From Camelus ferus (Eukaryota), in the NCBI RefSeq assembly GCF_009834535.1, contig NC_045697.1, forward strand, positions 65,412,001 through 65,476,000: 64,000 bases of DNA, written 5' to 3'. Below, piece after piece: positions 61,527 through 64,000 of the stretch. The number at the start of each line of letters is the position of its first letter. Within the stretch, counting starts at the first letter, position 1. Both the position numbers and the translations under genes were made by a program. The notes under the pieces were generated by a model. The model ran no database searches and was not told the DNA's origin. It saw only the letters and a program-made list of their open reading frames with translations.

Positions 61527-61981
61527 GGATAATAGTTTCCTGTGGCTGCCTTAACAAATTACCACCAACTGATTATCTTAAAACAACAAAAATTATTCTC
61601 TCACAGTTCTGGAGGCCAGCACTTCCAACTCAAGGTGTCAGCAAGGCTGTGCTCCCTCTGGAGGTTCTAGGGGAAAATTCCGGTTTTTTTGCTTTCAATT
61701 TCTGGTGACTGTCGGCATTTTTTGACTTTTGGCAACATCATTCTAATCTCTGCCTCCCGTGACCTTATTGCCTCCCCTTCTGTCTGTCAAATGACAACTG
61801 TTGTCATTGACAGTTGTCATTGGATTCAGAGCCCACTCATGTAATCCAAGATAAAACTTGCATCTCAAGCTCCTTAATTTAATTACATCTACCAAGACCC
61901 TTTTTCCAAATAAAGTAACTTTTACAAATTCTAAGACTAGAATTGGATGTCTTTAAGTTGCTATGATTCAACCTACTACCA
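61527..61981 (-). mobile_element. MaLR LTR (MLT1C-like)
   Basis: agtttcctgtggctgccttaacaaattaccac...ttctctcacagttctggaggccag...caaggtgtcagcaagg...ttaattacatct...attcaacctacta. Confidence 0.9.
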
Positions 61982-62169
61982 GAGCAGTTTTTAGTAAACA
62001 TTTTAAAATTAGGTTTCTGTCCCCACACTGATATATACACAAGGCCATTCTCTTTCTCTTAGAATAAATACTTTACAAACACTGTACAAGCATCTATAGC
62101 AGAATCAAGGTGTTTTCCACTTTAGGAGAATTTGAAAATGTAATCCATCTATTTGTTCCAAATTAGCAT

Positions 62170-62980
62170 CCCAGGTAGTCATCTCCAATACACATTCTCT
62201 TCATGCTGCTTTGCAATCTGGCATAAAAGCCTATTGATTCTGTTTCTGAAATGGATCTCAAGTGCTTCCCCATTCTGCTAATTCTCACTGAAATTCCTTA
62301 GGTTAAGGCCAAATAATTTATCCTGGGGTTGCTGCCTTCTAGTTGATGTTTTTCTTCTAATACTTGGCCCTCCTGTTCACCTTCACGTAACAGCAGATAC
62401 GTATATTTGTCAAACACAGATCTTATTGTATTATCTACTTAATCTCTCTAGCTTTCAGAGACATACATGAAGACTAGTCTTCTTTTAAGAGCTTGCAAGA
62501 CTTCTCATAAATTGATCATTTCTGTCCTTGTCCCTAGCTTTCGCTTGCCATTCCTCCCCTTACTCCTTAATGCTGCACACTCCCACACCTCTGATGTTCC
62601 CGCTACAGGGAACTGTTCACCATTTCTTAAACACTTCATATATTACATTTGCTCATGTTATTCCCTGAACTAGGATGCTCTTCCCTCTCATTTCTACTTT
62701 AAAATTTTCTGCCTAATTATTAAGGCACAAGTCACATATTACAATTTCTCTTAGTCCTCCCAGATCCATACTCTTTATCCTCATATTTCTTTATATGTAA
62801 CTCTATTACTGTATGTGTCATATTTTATTATGTTCAATTATTTGCCCTATGTGATTTATCTTTTAGGCTCTGACTACCTTGGAGGCAGAACTGGATGTTA
62901 TCTATCTTTCTATCCCTAGTTGCTTGCATGGTTCTTGGCACACAGTAGATGCTCATAAAGCTCTGATGAACTAAATTAAT
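62170..62980 (+). mobile_element. L2 3' region
   Basis: aaacacagatcttatt...tttgctcatgttattccc...ccttggaggcagaact...cttggcacacagtagatgctcataaa. Confidence 0.7.
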
Positions 62981-63254
62981 TTAAATTAAAGACTTTGGTA
63001 CATTTAAATGGCATGACTTACCTGTATTTGTTTTATAATCATAAATATGGTTGAAGAATTAAGCAAAAAGCGTCTAGAACCAGGAAATCAATGTGTAACA
63101 GCTCCTACAGTAAAATAGGACGATGCATTCAATTACTGATTAAGAAAACAGTTATTGAGTCAATATTGGTACTGCATAAAGCCAGATAATTCTAAAATAG
63201 AATTTTTGAAAATATGTATCTTTTAATCAAAGGCAAAAAACATCATATTTGTCA

Positions 63255-63770
63255 AGAATATTAGAGTTGCTTGAAATAAGCTAATTCAAAGTTTAAGCAA
63301 AAAAAGAACCTTGCTGGTTATGTAATTGGGAAGCCCAGGAGGACTGCAGGCACCATGGACAATTAAATTTGGGGGCTCAAGCAACATCATTAGGAAACTG
63401 TCCATCTTTCTCCATTACTCTCCATTACTTTCTCCATTACTGTTCTTTTCTTTGGCTTCCTCCTCAGGTAGATTTTCCCCCTATGATGACAAAACTACAG
63501 CTCTAGACCCTGTCCTCATATTTAACAATCCTGGCAAAAAGGGAATGCCTCATGCTCAGTTGTTCCAGAAAATGTCTAAAAGATGAATGGAGGGCTCTGG
63601 TTGACATTACTTTAATCACTCTCCCATCTTTGAACGAGTCAGTCTGGTCAGAGGATGGACTTGTCTGATCTTTGAGATCTGGATTCACAAGCCAAATACT
63701 GAGGCAGAGATTAAGTATTACAACCACTAAAAATAGAGGTGGAGTGGTCCCTGAAGAGATGGTTTAAAAA
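63255..63770 (-). mobile_element. old MaLR LTR (MLT1J/K-like)
   Basis: ttaagcaaaaaaagaaccttgctggttatgtaattgggaagccca...gggctcaagcaacatcattagga...ggcttcctcctcaggtagat. Confidence 0.65.
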
Positions 63771-63779
63771 TGAAACAGC

Positions 63780-63985
63780 TAACTTACATGTACTAACTCA
63801 TTTAATCCTCATAACACTATGAGGGAAGTGGTATTAAGATCCCCAGTTTAGAGTTAGGGGGATTGAGACACAGAGAGGACAGGAGAGTACTCAGTCTTAC
63901 TCAACTGTAAGTGACCAAGCAAGGCTGTGTGCTCTACTCAGTCTGACTTCAGAGTCTGGGCTCATAATAACCAGACTATATTAAC
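63780..63985 (-). mobile_element. MIR SINE
   Basis: aactcatttaatcctcataacactatgagg...ccccagttt...gagacacagagag...cagtctgacttcagagtc. Confidence 0.8.
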
Positions 63986-64000
63986 AAAATTATGAATATT

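Noticed and set aside
1..64000. CRISPR array, operon or other prokaryotic/viral system
   Set aside because: The sequence is mammalian and repeat-rich, with no regularly spaced repeats, no long ORFs and no gag/pol/env or other viral coding remnants that I could recognise.

Overview
AT-rich, CpG-poor eutherian genomic DNA, very probably from a camelid (camel/alpaca lineage). The evidence is two tRNA-Ala(AGC)-derived Vic-1-type SINEs and a young L1 whose 3' UTR resembles camelid L1. I found no recognisable protein-coding exon, RNA gene, CpG island or CRISPR array. The only ORFs with recognisable protein similarity are retroelement remnants (L1 ORF2 at 32190-33002 on -, L2 reverse transcriptase at 20076-20348). 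Most of the window is layered transposon fossils: L1, L2, MIR, CR1/L3, MaLR and ERVL LTRs, hAT and Tigger elements. Every L1 piece I recognise lies on the - strand, suggesting a large intron of a gene transcribed on +. The most notable items are: (1) a near-full-length LF-SINE-like element at ~26645-27032, a rare, very ancient and often exapted family, which here carries a good + strand acceptor/donor pair; (2) a ~70-nt hairpin built from two inverted forkhead motifs at 6681-6750; (3) an ETS/RUNX/E-box motif cluster at ~7600-7950; (4) a clean internal inversion in a CR1/L3 fossil; (5) a fold-back palindrome inside an MLT1 LTR; (6) a ~50-bp L1 insertion. I cannot support a wholly new biological system from this sequence. 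Repeat family names come from my recollection of consensus sequences, not a database search, and boundaries of old repeats are approximate (tens of bp).
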